Shown: positions 1-13,106, numbered from the stretch's first letter. The stretch is DNA of 64,000 bases from Rhynchopus sp. YZ270_cl-10 (GCA_964035575.1 OZ037837.1:1116001-1180000), one strand, 5' to 3'. Notes: generated from the sequence alone by a model not told the origin. Made by a program: numbers and translations.

Positions 1-620
1 ATCAAATGCATTTCATAGCCTCTCCATTCAAACAAGAGAAAGCACACAAGGATGTTCAAAAACGATACACATCTCGGTTCAAAAACAAGGAAAGTTGCTA
101 TTTTTTTTTTTTTTCGAAGATGAAACTAAGTACCACGGTGTTTTCTGGATGTGCTACCTTTCATCACAACCTCCCTTTTATTGTAGCAGCATCAGCTGTA
201 CGGCCTTCAAAAAAAAAGTGCGTTCAAGATAACACCGTATCTCCTATTGCAAACAGACGCACTGAGGCGTGGTTTCGCTTCTCTCAGATTCCTTTAAAGT
301 TAACGTTTACAAAAAAAAATAATAGAAACTAACTTCAGGAAATGAATAAAAAGAAAACAATGAAAAACGATTTTTTTTTCGTTTCTCGCTCTGCAAACTT
401 GTGTTTTTTTCACTGAAGTGTTGTGTGTGATGGAAACAGTGAGTGAGAAAAACACAAGCTGGCAGGCACCTTCCGTCATTTCTATTTCCTATCAAGTATC
501 TTGATTTACAGGGGAAAAAAAAAGAGGAAAAAAAACACGCACACACGGAACTCCTTTAGGTCTTTTTTTTGAATCAGAATATCAACAAAAATACCCCTAT
601 CTCTCTCTCTGTCTCTGTCC

Positions 621-1469
621 TTACAACTTCGATTGTTCAACAGACTTTACTGCGAGACCTACAACCATGGGACCAGGGAATCCACCGGGTGTTGACCAAT
701 GCGTAAGCGACCACGTCGTCGCACTGCGGATTGTGGTAAGGGTGTCGCGGTTGATGTTGCAACCGTCCGAGACGATGTGCCAGAAGGGCGCGATGGTGTT
801 TTGGAGGGTGCGGGTGAGGGGAGAGGTGGACACAACGTGTTCGCAGAAGAAGACACGGCCGCCGGGTTTGAGGAGGCGGTCTACGTCACGCAGGACAGAG
901 GCAGGGTCGGGCACCTCGCAGAGCACGTTGCCAAGGATGACCCAGTCGTATGTCCCGTCACCCTCCAGTTCGCTCGTGAAGCGTCCCTCCACGGTGACGG
1001 GGAATTTGGCGCCGCATCCCTTGATAGTCTGGCGCAGCTTTTCGTGGAGGTTTGTGTTGGGTTCAAGTGCAACATATTCGGAGACCGTGGCGGAGGACCG
1101 TACACCATACTTCAAATAAAGGCCCGAAGCGCAGCCAACATCAAGCACCTTGCCAGAAAGGTTTTTCATCAGCTCCGCCTTCCAGCGGGAGAACTTCGCG
1201 TCGACGCCGGCCATGACGGTGGGGAGGACGTAGGAAATGGTTTTGGCGCTGACGCGTTTGCCGAAGATCAGGACTGCGAGGGCAAGGGCTCCTCCGCTGG
1301 TGAGCACGGTGAGCACCAGGGCGGCTGCGTACCGTGGTGCAGCGTAGACAGCCAACGCAGCGCAGGTTAGCTGGAGCAGCTGTTTGGTAGGCTTCGGGGT
1401 GCGCAGCATTGAATCCGCAATACGGAACTCTTCACCATCAAAGGTGACCACAGCAGTGCTATCGGCCAT
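621..1469 (-). CDS. Class I SAM-dependent methyltransferase (Methyltransf_11 / METTL7-like) with N-terminal hydrophobic segment
   Basis: 282-aa ORF with motif I VLDVGCASG, acidic post-I ALEPN, YDWVILGNVLCEVPDP, RLLKPGGRVFFCEH and DGCNINRDT, typical of METTL7-like enzymes. Confidence 0.9.
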   Translation of the reverse strand: MADSTAVVTFDGEEFRIADSMLRTPKPTKQLLQLTCAALAVYAAPRYAAALVLTVLTSGGALALAVLIFGKRVSAKTISYVLPTVMAGVDAKFSRWKAELMKNLSGKVLDVGCASGLYLKYGVRSSATVSEYVALEPNTNLHEKLRQTIKGCGAKFPVTVEGRFTSELEGDGTYDWVILGNVLCEVPDPASVLRDVDRLLKPGGRVFFCEHVVSTSPLTRTLQNTIAPFWHIVSDGCNINRDTLTTIRSATTWSLTHWSTPGGFPGPMVVGLAVKSVEQSKL

Positions 1470-1990
1470 CGTGAGAAGTGAGTTGTGGGGGGAACGTGGA
1501 AGGTGGTAAGTGGTAAGTGGAAAGTGGAGCTAATAAAAGAAAACCTGTGCGGAAATAATGGTGATTACCTAAGACTTCAAACGAAAATATGTTGGACAGA
1601 AATAATGTTGGGAAGAGCGAGCGTTTTTTGGGCGGTTCCAACACTTCTACGTTCCCGTATTTACAGGTACAGTACAATAAAACGTTGAGCCGTTATGCAG
1701 CAAATTGCAGCGCGTCATCAGAAGTTGTACGTCAGTGTGCAAGCAACATTCTCACACAAGGTCCAAAAACACCATGGAAAAGGGGTTAGTTATCCACTAC
1801 ATGACAGGGCACTACGTGTTGACAAAGCAGGTACATCAAACAGGATAAAATACAAATAATTGGTTGCCACTCGTTGTAAAACTTGTGCTAAACTTTCTCA
1901 TCCGAACAAAGCATAATGTAGTGGAAAACGCAACAGATAATCGATACCAGACTTTGGGTGGGGATATCCGGAAGTCCCAAAGTACGAGGA

Positions 1991-2140
1991 TATATCATAC
2001 ATTCCATGACTTTGCGCACACTTTTTTCACATCTTGCACTCACAAATGTGAGATGCATACTGTTATCGTCCGACCCCGCAATTGAACGTTTCGAATCGGC
2101 CGGATCCAAAGAAATAAAAATCCATAAAAAAAATATCGCG
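1991..2140. mobile_element. Diverged terminal segment of the TIR element family seen at 44711-45652
   Basis: Reverse complement of ~2021-2135 aligns by eye with ~45500-45622; begins TATATCAT like the TIR at 44711. Confidence 0.55.
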
Positions 2141-2281
2141 GTGAGCGTATTTCTGTTTTGGCTCTCGGTGAGGAGGGTGTGTGTCATGAAAATTCCCCCC
2201 CTGAATTGGGAAAAATATTAGAGACCTTAACCTACAGGAACATCACACACAAACCTGCAAACCCGCTACAACATCAGCTAA

Positions 2282-5200
2282 AAACGCGCCGTTTCTCAGA
2301 AAACAGACGCTTTTGTTCGAAACGCGCCGTTTCTCAGAAAACCGACGCTTTTGTTCGAAACGCGCCGTTTCTCAGAAAACCGACGCTTTTGTTCGAAACG
2401 CGCCGTTTCTCAGAAAACGGACGCTTTTGATCGAAACGCGCCGTTTCTCAGAAAACCGACGCTTTTGTTCGAAACGCGACGTTTCTCAGAAAACCGACGC
2501 TTTTGTTCGAAACGCGACGTTTCTCAGAAAACCGACGCTTTTGTTCGAAACGCGCCGTTTCTCAGAAAACGGACGCTTTTGTTCGAAACGCGCCGTTTCT
2601 CAGAAAACCGACGCTTTTGATCGAAACGCGCCGTTTCTCAGAAAACGGACGCTTTTGATCGAAACGCGCCGTTTCTCAGAAAACCGACGCTTTTGATCGA
2701 AACGCGCCGTTTCTCCGAAAACGGACGCTTTTGTTCGAAACGCGCCGTTTCTCAGAAAACCGACGCTTTTGTTCGAAACGCGCCGTTTCTCAGAAAACCG
2801 ACGCTTTTGTTCGAAACGCGCCGTTTCTCAGAAAACCGACGCTTTTGTACGAAACGCGACGTTTCTCAGAAAACCGACGCTTTTGTTCGAAACGCGCCGT
2901 TTCTCAGAAAACCGACGCTTTTGTTCGAAACGCGACGTTTCTCAGAAAACGGACGCTTTTGATCGAAACGCGCCGTTTCTCAGAAAACGGACGCTTTTGA
3001 TCGAAACGCGCCGTTTCTCAGAAAACGGACGCTTTTGTTCGAAACGCGCCGTTTCTCAGAAAACGGACGCTTTTGTTCGGAACGCGCCGTTTCTCAGAAA
3101 ACCGACGCTTTTGTTCGAAACGCGCCGTTTGTCAGAAAACCGACGCTTTTGATCGAAACGCGCCGTTTTTCAGAAAACCGACGCTTTTGTTCGAAACGCG
3201 CCGTTTCTCAGAAAACGGACGCTTTTGTTCGAAACGCGCCGTTTTTCAGAAAACCGACGCTTTTGTTCGAAACGCGCCGTTTCTCAGAAAACGGACGCTT
3301 TTGTTCGAAACGCGCCGTTTGTCAGAAAACCGACGCTTTTGATCGAAACGCGCCGTTTTTCAGAAAACCGACGCTTTTGTTCGAAACGCGCCGTTTCTCA
3401 GAAAACGGACGCTTTTGTTCGGAACGCGCCGTTTCTCAGAAAACGGACGCTTTTGTTCGGAACGCGCCGTTTCTCAGAAAACCGACGCTTTTGTTCGAAA
3501 CGCGCCGTTTGTCAGAAAACCGACGCTTTTGTTCGAAACGCGACGTTTCTCAGAAAACCGACGCTTTTGTTCGAAACGCGCCGTTTCTCAGAAAACCGAC
3601 GCTTTTGTTCGAAACGCGACGTTTCTCAGAAAACCGACGCTTTTGTTCGAAACGCGCCGTTTCTCAGAAAACCGACGCTTTTGTTCGAAACGCGACGTTT
3701 CTCAGAAAACCGACGCTTTTGTTCGAAACGCGACGTTTCTCAGAAAACCGACGCTTTTGTTCGAAACGCGCCGTTTCTCAGAAAACCGACGCTTTTGATC
3801 GGAAAGCGCCGTTTCTCAGAAAACGGACGCTTTTGATCGAAACGCGCCGTTTCTCAGAAAACGGACGCTTTTGTTCGAAACGCGCCGTTTTTCAGAAAAC
3901 CGACGCTTTTGTTCGAAACGCGCCGTTTCTCAGAAAACCGACGCTTTTGATCGGAAAGCGCCGTTTTTCAGAAAACCGACGCTTTTGATCGAAAAGCGCC
4001 GTTTTTCAGAAAACCGACGCTTTTGATCGAAACGCGCCGTTTTTCAGAAAACCGACGCTTTTGTTCGAAACGCGCCGTTTCTCAGAAAACCGACGCTTTT
4101 GATCGAAACGCGCCGTTTTTCAGAAAACCGACGCTTTTGATCGAAACGCGCCGTTTTTCAGAAAACCGACGCTTTTGATCGGAAAGCGCCGTTTCTCAGA
4201 AAACCGACGCTTTTGTTCGGAACGCGCCGTTTCTCAGAAAACGGACGCTTTTGTTCGAAACGCGCCGTTTGTCAGAAAACCGACGCTTTTGTTCGAAACG
4301 CGCCGTTTCTCAGAAAACGGACGCTTTTGATCGAAACGCGCCGTTTCTCAGAAAACGGACGCTTTTGATCGAAACGCGCCGTTTCTCAGAAAACGGACGC
4401 TTTTGTTCGGAACGCGCCGTTTCTCAGAAAACCGACGCTTTTGTTCGAAACGCGCCGTTTGTCAGAAAACCGACGCTTTTGATCGAAACGCGCCGTTTTT
4501 CAGAAAACCGACGCTTTTGATCGGAAAGCGCCGTTTCTCAGAAAACCGACGCTTTTGTTCGAAACGCGCCGTTTCTCAGAAAACGGACGCTTTTGTTCCA
4601 ACCGCGCCGTTTGTCAGAACACCGACGCTTTTGATCGAAACGCGCCGTTTTTTCAGAAAACCGACGCTTTTGATCGGAAAGCGCCGTTTCTCAGAAAACC
4701 GACGCTTTTGTTCGAAACGCGCCGTTTCTCAGAAAACGGACGCTTTTGTTCCAACCGCGCCGTTTGTCAGAACACCGACGCTTTTGATCGAAACGCGCCG
4801 TTTCTCAGAAAACCGACGCTTTTGTTCGGAACGCGCCGTTTCTCAGAAAACGGACGCTTTTGTTCGGAACGCGCCGTTTCTCAGAAAACCGACGCTTTTG
4901 TTCGGAACGCGCCGTTTCTCAGAAAACGGACGCTTTTGTTCGAAACGCGCCGTTTTTCAGAAAACCGACGCTTTTGTTCGAAACGCGCCGTTTGTCAGAA
5001 AACCGACGCTTTTGTTCGAAACGCGCCGTTTCTCAGAAAACGGACGCTTTTGTTCGAAACGCGCCGTTTCTCAGAAAACCGACGCTTTTGTTCGAAACGC
5101 GCCGTTTCTCAGAAAACGGACGCTTTTGTTCGAAACGCGCCGTTTGTCAGAAAACCGACGCTTTTGATCGAAACGCGCCGTTTTTCAGAAAACCGACGCT

Positions 5201-8012
5201 TTTGTTCGAAACGCGCCGTTTCTCAGAAAACCGACGCTTTTGTTCGGAACGCGCCGTTTCTCAGAAAACCGACGCTTTTGATCGAAACGCGCCGTTTTTC
5301 AGAAAACCGACGCTTTTGTTCGGAACGCGCCGTTTCTCAGAAAACGGACGCTTTTGTTCGAAACGCGCCGTTTGTCAGAAAACCGACGCTTTTGATCGAA
5401 ACGCGCCGTTTCTCAGAAAACGGACGCTTTTGATCGAAACGCGCCGTTTCTCAGAAAACGGACGCTTTTGATCGAAACGCGCCGTTTCTCAGAAAACGGA
5501 CGCTTTTGTTCGAAACGCGCCGTTTGTCAGAAAACCGACGCTTTTGATCGAAACGCGCCGTTTCTCAGAAAACGGACGCTTTTGATCGAAACGCGCCGTT
5601 TCTCAGAAAACGGACGCTTTTGTTCGAAACGCGCCGTTTCTCAGAAAACGGACGCTTTTGTTCGGAACGCGCCGTTTCTCAGAAAACCGACGCTTTTGTT
5701 CGAAACGCGCCGTTTTTCAGAAAACCGACGCTTTTGATCGGAAAGCGCCGTTTCTCAGAAAACCGACGCTTTTGTTCGAAACGCGCCGTTTCTCAGAAAA
5801 CGGACGCTTTTGTTCGAAACGCGCCGTTTTTTCAGAAAACCGACGCTTTTGTTCGAAACGCGCCGTTTCTCAGAAAACCGACGCTTTTGATCGGAAAGCG
5901 CCGTTTCTCAGAAAACCGACGCTTTTGTTCGAAACGCGCCGTTTCTTCAGAAAACCGACGCTTTTGATCGAAACGCGCCGTTTCTCAGAAAACGGACGCT
6001 TTTGTTCGAAACGCGCCGTTTCTCAGAAAACCGACGCTTTTGATCGGAAAGCGCCGTTTTTCAGAAAACCGACGCTTTTGATCGGAAAGCGCCGTTTCTC
6101 AGAAAACCGACGCTTTTGTTCGGAACGCGCCGTTTCTCAGAAAACGGACGCTTTTGATCGAAACGCGCCGTTTCTCAGAAAACGGACGCTTTTGATCGAA
6201 ACGCGCCGTTTCTCAGAAAACGGACGCTTTTGTTCGAAACGCGCCGTTTGTCAGAAAACGGACGCTTTTGATCGAAACGCGCCGTTTCTCAGAAAACGGA
6301 CGCTTTTGATCGAAACGCGCCGTTTCTCAGAAAACGGACGCTTTTGATCGAAACGCGCCGTTTCTCAGAAAACGGACGCTTTTGATCGAAACGCGCCGTT
6401 TCTCAGAAAACGGGCGCTTTTGTTCGAAACGCGCCGTTTTTCAGAAAACGGACGCTTTTGTTCGAAACGCGCCGTTTCTCAGAAAACCGACGCTTTTGAT
6501 CGGAAAGCGCCGTTTCTCAGAAAACCGACGCTTTTGTTCGAAACGCGCCGTTTTTTCAGAAAACCGACGCTTTTGATCGAAACGCGCCGTTTCTCAGAAA
6601 ACGGACGCTTTTGTTCGAAACGCGCCGTTTCTCAGAAAACCGACGCTTTTGATCGGAAAGCGCCGTTTTTCAGAAAACCGACGCTTTTGATCGGAAAGCG
6701 CCGTTTCTCAGAAAACCGACGCTTTTGTTCGGAACGCGCCGTTTCTGAGAAAACAGACGCTTTTGTTCGAAACGCGCCGTTTGTCAGAAAACCGACGCTT
6801 TTGTTCGAAACGCGCCGTTTCTCAGAAAACGGACGCTTTTGATCGAAACGCGCCGTTTCTCAGAAAACGGACGCTTTTGATCGAAACGCGCCGTTTCTCA
6901 GAAAACGGACGCTTTTGATCGAAACGCGCCGTTTCTCAGAAAACGGACGCTTTTGATCGAAACGCGCCGTTTCTCAGAAAACGGGCGCTTTTGTTCGAAA
7001 CGCGCCGTTTTTCAGAAAACGGACGCTTTTGTTCGAAACGCGCCGTTTCTCAGAAAACGGACGCTTTTGTTCGAAACGCGCCGTTTCTCAGAAAACGGAC
7101 GCTTTTGTTCGAAACGCGCCGTTTCTCAGAAAACCGACGCTTTTGTTCGAAACGCGCCGTTTGTCAGAAAACCGACGCTTTTGTTCGAAACGCGCCGTTT
7201 CTCAGAAAACCGACGCTTTTGTTCGAAACGCGCCGTTTTTCAGAAAACCGACGCTTTTGATCGAAACGCGCCGTTTCTCAGAAAACCGACGCTTTTGATC
7301 GGAACGCGCCGTTTCTCAGAAAACGGACGCTTTTGTTCGGAACGCGCCGTTTCTCAGAAAACGGACGCTTTTGTTCGAAACGCGCCGTTTCTCAGAAAAC
7401 CGACGCTTTTGATCGAAACGCCCCGTTTCTCAGAAAACGGACGCTTTTGATCGAAACGCGCCGTTTCTCAGAAAACGGACGCTTTTGATCGAAACGCGCC
7501 GTTTCTCAGAAAACCGACGCTTTTGATCGGAACGCGCCGTTTCTCAGAAAACGGACGCTTTTGTTCGGAACGCGCCGTTTCTCAGAAAACGGACGCTTTT
7601 GTTCGAAACGCGCCGTTTCTTAGAAAACCGACGCTTTTGTTCGAAACGCGCCGTTTCTCAGAAAACGGACGCTTTTGTTCGGAACGCGCCGTTTCTCAGA
7701 AAACGGACGCTTTTGTTCGGAACGCGCCGTTTCTTAGAAAACCGACGCTTTTGTTCGAAACGCGCCGTTTCTCAGAAAACCGACGCTTTTGTTCGAAACG
7801 CGCCGTTTCTCAGAAAACCGACGCTTTTGTTCGAAACGCGCCGTTTCTCAGAAAACGGACGCTTTTGTTCGAAACGCGCCGTTTCTCAGAAAACCGACGC
7901 TTTTGATCGAAACGCCCCGTTTCTCAGAAAACGGACGCTTTTGTTCGGAACGCGCCGTTTCTCAGAAAACGGACGCTTTTGTTCGAAACGCGCCGTTTGT
8001 CAGAAAACCGAC
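2282..8012. repeat. 38-bp tandem satellite, about 150 units, truncated by the gap
   Basis: Consensus AAACGCGCCGTTTCTCAGAAAACCGACGCTTTTGTTCG with a few recurrent variants (CCGAC/CGGAC, TGTTCG/TGATCG, TTTCT/TTTGT/TTTTT). Confidence 0.98.
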
Positions 8013-8212
8013 NNNNNNNNNNNNNNNNNNNNNNNNNNNNNNNNNNNNNNNNNNNNNNNNNNNNNNNNNNNNNNNNNNNNNNNNNNNNNNNNNNNNNNNN
8101 NNNNNNNNNNNNNNNNNNNNNNNNNNNNNNNNNNNNNNNNNNNNNNNNNNNNNNNNNNNNNNNNNNNNNNNNNNNNNNNNNNNNNNNNNNNNNNNNNNNN
8201 NNNNNNNNNNNN
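8013..8212. other. Assembly gap (200 N)
   Basis: Run of N. Confidence 1.
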
Positions 8213-11200
8213 GTGGTCTGCTCTTGCTGAGGAGGAGGACCTTCCACGCAGAATGGACAAGAACGGAATCCGCTACTTCGAACACGAAGTTGCTTTGCAG
8301 GACACAGAACCATGGTCAGATATGCAAGAGGCAGACGTGTGCAGCACGAAGCGCAGAATGTACGAAGGCAGCTACGTTACAAAGCAGCAGTATCTGGACA
8401 CAGTGTGGCGCACAGCAGAGGTGGAGAAGCAGATACGCAGGCAGAACGCTGACGGCTACTTTGTCTTCAAACACGACTGGGATGAAGCCGTGGAGGGTGG
8501 TGCCTGGGAGGACGGGAAGAAGGAGACACTGCCGACGCTTGTGGAGCAGTTGCGGCAGCCCTCTCTCAACCTGTACGACCCAACGGTGTTTGGGAGCCGC
8601 ATTGAAACGGAGGAGAGCAGGGCCCAGCTGCACACGTGGTCGAGGCTGTGGGGTGCTGTGAACGCTGTGCTGGTGACAAGCACGGAGAAGGAGCGGGTGC
8701 TCTTCCGCAAGGTGGAGAATGTGGCGGACACTGTGCTGATCCACCACCTCCACCTGAAGCGTGGTGAGCTGTACTGCCAGCCCGACATCACTCTCTGGGA
8801 TGTGGAGCGCCGCTACAGAAACCGTGCTGTGAAGCACGAGAACGACAGCAGAAGCGAGACACAGGAAGCAAGGACGAAGGTGGACTTCACGTCTGACTTC
8901 AACGACAACTCAGGAAGACTGTGGGAGGCGTCAGAGCGCAGATGGACAGGGAGGGGTGGCGAGGAGGCTGCGTATGAAGGCGAGCTTTGCTACGAACATG
9001 AGTTCAAAGACAAATGCATGCAGGCACACAAGCAGGCACGCAAGGAAAGAGGGGAGGACGTGGGGTTTGATCTGAACACGTTACTCAGATGGGAAGATGC
9101 GAAGCCTGAGGACCCTTTCCTGACACACGTCCCTGGCGAGCAAGTTGAGGTGGAGACACGCAAGAACAGCAGCAGCACCATGACAACGATTCTCTTCAGC
9201 GCGCACGGGAAGATGCACGGCGAGTGTGTGGGGCTGCTGAGCGACGGACACGACTTCCTCCTCCCTGCGCTTGAGATGTTTATTGTGGAGGATGTTCAGG
9301 CACGTGGCACGTGCCTCCATGTCAGCCTCATCTCACGTGGCTCGCTGCTGCGCACGGACAAAGAGCTCCGTGCCTGGTGCTCTGGCATACAGCGGACTGG
9401 CCTGCGTTCTGTTTGGGGCAAGAACGGTGTCACGGATGAGTGTTTGCGTCCTGAGAGCAAGGCAGCAAAGGACGATACATTGGACAGGCAGAGCTTCTTG
9501 TGCACAGACGAGTGTGACGTGTTCTTCAGCCGCAAGTCTCAGATGCTCCACGGAACGGAACGGGAGGCAATGTTGCACGATCTGACGGACACTGTCAGAC
9601 CTGTGAATGACAGCGCATCTTTCAAGATGCAGGGTGCAAACGGACAGGTGAGGAACCATAGTGCGTGCACCCTGCCTTTGGCTGTGCCCACTACGTACCG
9701 CCCAGGGAAGACGTTTTTGAGTGGGTTGAACCGCAAGAAGCGTCCTGAAGGGGATCACACTGCAGAAGGCATGCCAAGAACACACGGCGACGAATTCCCA
9801 CTCATCCCGCACGTGGAACTCGCGGAGGATTGGGAGAAGGATATGGATGTGAACGATGTGGTCGCTGTTTCGGGAGCATCCATCCAGGCCTACCACGATG
9901 AGCACACAGACGAAGACGCGTTCTTCAAGACGATAGTCAAGCATGCGCGTGACACACCTGAGGAGTGCCCCCCGCCTGTGAGCGATGTGTACGGAGGGAA
10001 GGAGTTCCGCATCACTGTCGGGGAGGTGCAGCAGCTGCTGAAGACAACCACGATAGTCACGTCGCCGTCCCTCCCACTGCGTTTTGTGCAGTGTCTGATC
10101 GGCTCGTTCACGTCTGCGAAACAGCGTCTGCTGTTCTTCTACATATTCCGTGCAACGTCGCTGCTCAGCATCAGTATCAGCATCGAAGAAGATTGGGAAC
10201 GTGAGAAACGCATTATCAGAGATGACTTTCTAGCTGCAGTTGCAAGGGACGAAGAATACCTAGACTCTGAACGTAGTGCCCTTGACGCACGTGGCGCGAC
10301 GGAATCCTACCACCTCGCTCTGTTTCTGTTCAACCTTAACAAAACACCACTTGAGTATCTGGACGGCAAGTTTGATGACGACGGTGCAGAGCCTATTGAA
10401 GTCACCCGTGACAAGTTCACATCGTGGATGGCCACCGTACAGGCGGAACCTGCACAGTACGGCTTCACCTCAAAGGAACATGCGAGACAGACGTTGGCGA
10501 AGTCGCTGGTCGAACTGAGCACAGAAATGTGCGTCTCGCAGCAGGGCTTCTCCTTCACCTCCGGCACGGACGGTGAGCACAGCCAGCTCTGTGAGAAGAC
10601 GCACCACAGCATCGCCATCCTTGTGGCCACTGGGATGGACTTCTGTGAACGAAGACCCACCCTGCGTGAGGCACCAAAGTACTTCGTGAGAATAGCACGT
10701 GAAGGAACAAAGGCACACAAGGGCTGGACCTACTTCCAAGAAGGGAAGGAACGTGAATTTGTGGACCGTCTGAAGGTGCTGTACACATGCATCTTCGAAT
10801 CTGCAAGGAAACAGCGTGTGCGGAACATGTGCGCCATCCCTGTGTATCTTAATAATTATTCAGCTTGCCTTGGGTATGAGCTGAAACTTCAAGTTGCAGA
10901 AATGTACTTGCGTGCGCAGTTCGAACTCCTTGCAGAACAGGATTGGGGTTTTGAAAACGTATGCATGCTCTTTGTCTTGCTTTGTCTCACTTCTTGCTCT
11001 TTCATGTATGCGATACTGTCCTCCCCTCCTGCAACTAAGAAGGAGGACAGTGAAGCTGTCTGAATGGCGGCCACACTAAAGCAACAGATTATCAAGAACA
11101 AGAAAACAACAGCAGCAGAAAACCAAAACCCCATCTTTGTTTCAAAGACTTTATTGTGTTCCTCTTTCACATTACCTTTAATCACTGCACAACAGTACTG

Positions 11201-11696
11201 GTTGAGGGCTCAGGATGACACCGATATGGCACGCCGCATCTTGAAGAAAGGACTGCACGAGTGTGGCGACTACAACAACGAGGCACAGGGGTTGTATTTG
11301 AGGTGCAACATCGTTTTGCACAAGAAAGACGCGAAGTTTCTTGCAGTACGCCTCGCACAGCTGAAGAAATCACCTGCGCTTTTGTCCCCATCTGAATCGC
11401 CGGCACTGCTGCAGGGACAGCACGGCATGTATTGGGAGGAAGGGAGGGATGACTACTATTTTGACGTCGAAGACTGGGCGGCCACATCGACAGGTGCGCT
11501 GATGAACTACAACATTTCGAAGAAGGCACTTAACCTCGACTTTTCTGCATTGAACAGCAACGAAGACACCAGCTCCGTTGCCGATGAAGGTGATGAAGAC
11601 TTCGCTGCAGTTGGAAGACGGATGAATCGGCCGTTGCGGGCTTCGCGTTGCAGTGGAGGAGACGATAGCGCAGCTGCACTGAACGGACGTGGCTAG
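8213..11696 (+). CDS. Large hypothetical protein, 5' end in the gap; probable exons <8213-10958 and 11196-11696; possible degenerate ADP-ribosyltransferase-like domain
   Basis: Long open frame with coding-like composition; GTATGC at 10959 and ACAACAG ending 11195 join WGFEN|YWLRAQ in frame and remove the stop at 11061-11063. Confidence 0.75.
10959..11195 (+). other. Probable GT-AG intron, 237 nt, phase 0
   Basis: Donor GTATGC, CA-rich acceptor, lower-GC interior, in-frame join of the two flanking ORFs. Confidence 0.7.
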
Positions 11697-12121
11697 CGTA
11701 CCAACAAAGGCGGAGGGTCTTGTTGCCGTTTCCGTGAAACATGTTGAGAATCGTTCAGTTCTAAGAAAATGCAATCAGGGCTAACGTCCCAATGTTCACG
11801 AGACACAACTCTGTGTTTTGCTTTTGGTATATTTTCCCTGCATCAGTGTTTTGATCTTTTTCCCGTTTTCCAACCAAGAAGCAAAGTCTTCACTGAATGC
11901 GCATGTTACACTTTTAATATAATATCCGACTCGCTCCAAAACGTAAGTGATCCCAAATACGCCTTAACCACGCTTCTGATAGATTTCCAGACATGCCTGT
12001 TTTCAGGCGTTGTAGGCCTCGTTGCGTATTGGTGTATTGTATGCTATATTATGATTACACGCTATGCTAAAAGGAAATTGAACCCTTCCCCCTTTTTTTT
12101 CTAGTCTGGCGGCTTTGAAGC

Positions 12122-12260
12122 AGAGCCACACTTCACCGACAGGTAGAGGTGTGTGCGTTTCACCACAGGGTACGAAGTGATCAGCAAAGCTGAGGTGGCC
12201 AAGATAGTGATCTTGTTATTGGGTGTGTGCGTTTCACCACAACCTCTCCCTGTCTTTATT
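12122..12260 (+). repeat. Dispersed SINE-like short repeat; other copies ~22350-22446(-), ~30199-30260(+), ~56549-56625(+), ~57638-57717(-)
   Basis: Shared core GAGCCACACTTCACCGACAGGTAGAGGTGTGTGCGTTTCACCACAACCTCTCCC followed by a TTTATTG-rich tail. Confidence 0.75.
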
Positions 12261-12522
12261 GTCTTTATTGTCTTTATTGTCTTTATTGTCTTTATTGTCT
12301 TTATTGTCTTTATTGTCTTTATTGTCTTTATTGTCTTTATTGTCTTTATTGTCTTTATTGTCTTTATTGTCTTTATTGTCTTTATTGTCTTTATTGTCTT
12401 TATTGTCTTTATTGTCTTTATTGTCTTTATTGTCTTTATTGTCTTTATTGTCTTTATTGTCTTTATTGTCTTTATTGTCTTTATTGTCTTTATTGTCTTT
12501 ATTGTCTTTATTGTCTTTATTG
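12251..12522. repeat. (GTCTTTATT)n 9-mer array, about 30 units
   Basis: Direct reading. Confidence 0.98.
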
Positions 12523-12539
12523 GGGTGATCTGGGGTCTT

Positions 12540-12710
12540 TTTTTTCAAGATTATTCACAAGCCATTCACAAAAATTCACAAAAATTCACAAATATTCACG
12601 AAAACCTACACACCCGCGTATCACGTGTGTTTCCGCCTCGTTGTGAATTTTTGTGAATTTATGTGAATTTTTGTAATTTTTTGTGTTTTTTTGTGATTTT
12701 TTTTTTGGTT
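12540..12710. repeat. Inverted arrays of ATTCACAAAA / TTTGTGAAT motifs (fold-back or MITE-like)
   Basis: ATTCACAAAA-like copies at ~12553-12603 mirrored by TTGTGAATTT-like copies at ~12641-12700. Confidence 0.6.
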
Positions 12711-12846
12711 TTTGGTGTGGTGCATAACCGATTACCCGTGTTTCTACCAGTTTAAACGACGGCATTTGCATTTCCGGAATCCGCCCGGCCAGTGGTGGGG
12801 TCAATTTGCCGAAATGGACAAGTTCTCGTTTTTGGTCAATTTCCGC

Positions 12847-13097
12847 ATACACAGTATACACAGTATACACAGTATACACAGTATACACAGTATACACAGT
12901 ATACACAGTATACACAGTATACACAGTATACACAGTATACACAGTATACACAGTATACACAGTATACACAGTATACACAGTATACACAGTATACACAGTA
13001 TACACAGTATACACAGTATACACAGTATACACAGTATACACAGTATACACAGTATACACAGTATACACAGTATACACAGTATACACAGTATACACAG
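12847..13097. repeat. (ATACACAGT)n 9-mer array, about 28 units
   Basis: Direct reading. Confidence 0.98.
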
Positions 13098-13106
13098 GGG
13101 ATTGGG

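Noticed and set aside
667..1370. Plus-strand ORFs of 150 and 223 aa
   Set aside because: Antisense shadows of the methyltransferase
2282..8012. Many overlapping ORFs (FETRRFSENRRF...) and a possible CRISPR array
   Set aside because: Translations of a 38-bp satellite; units are contiguous with no unique spacers and there are no cas genes
7599..8212. N-terminal part of the 1154-aa ORF
   Set aside because: Read through satellite and Ns; the true start is unknown
12251..12522. Similarity of CTTTATTG to the 3' end of euglenozoan spliced leaders
   Set aside because: Only about 8 nt match and no upstream SL sequence is present
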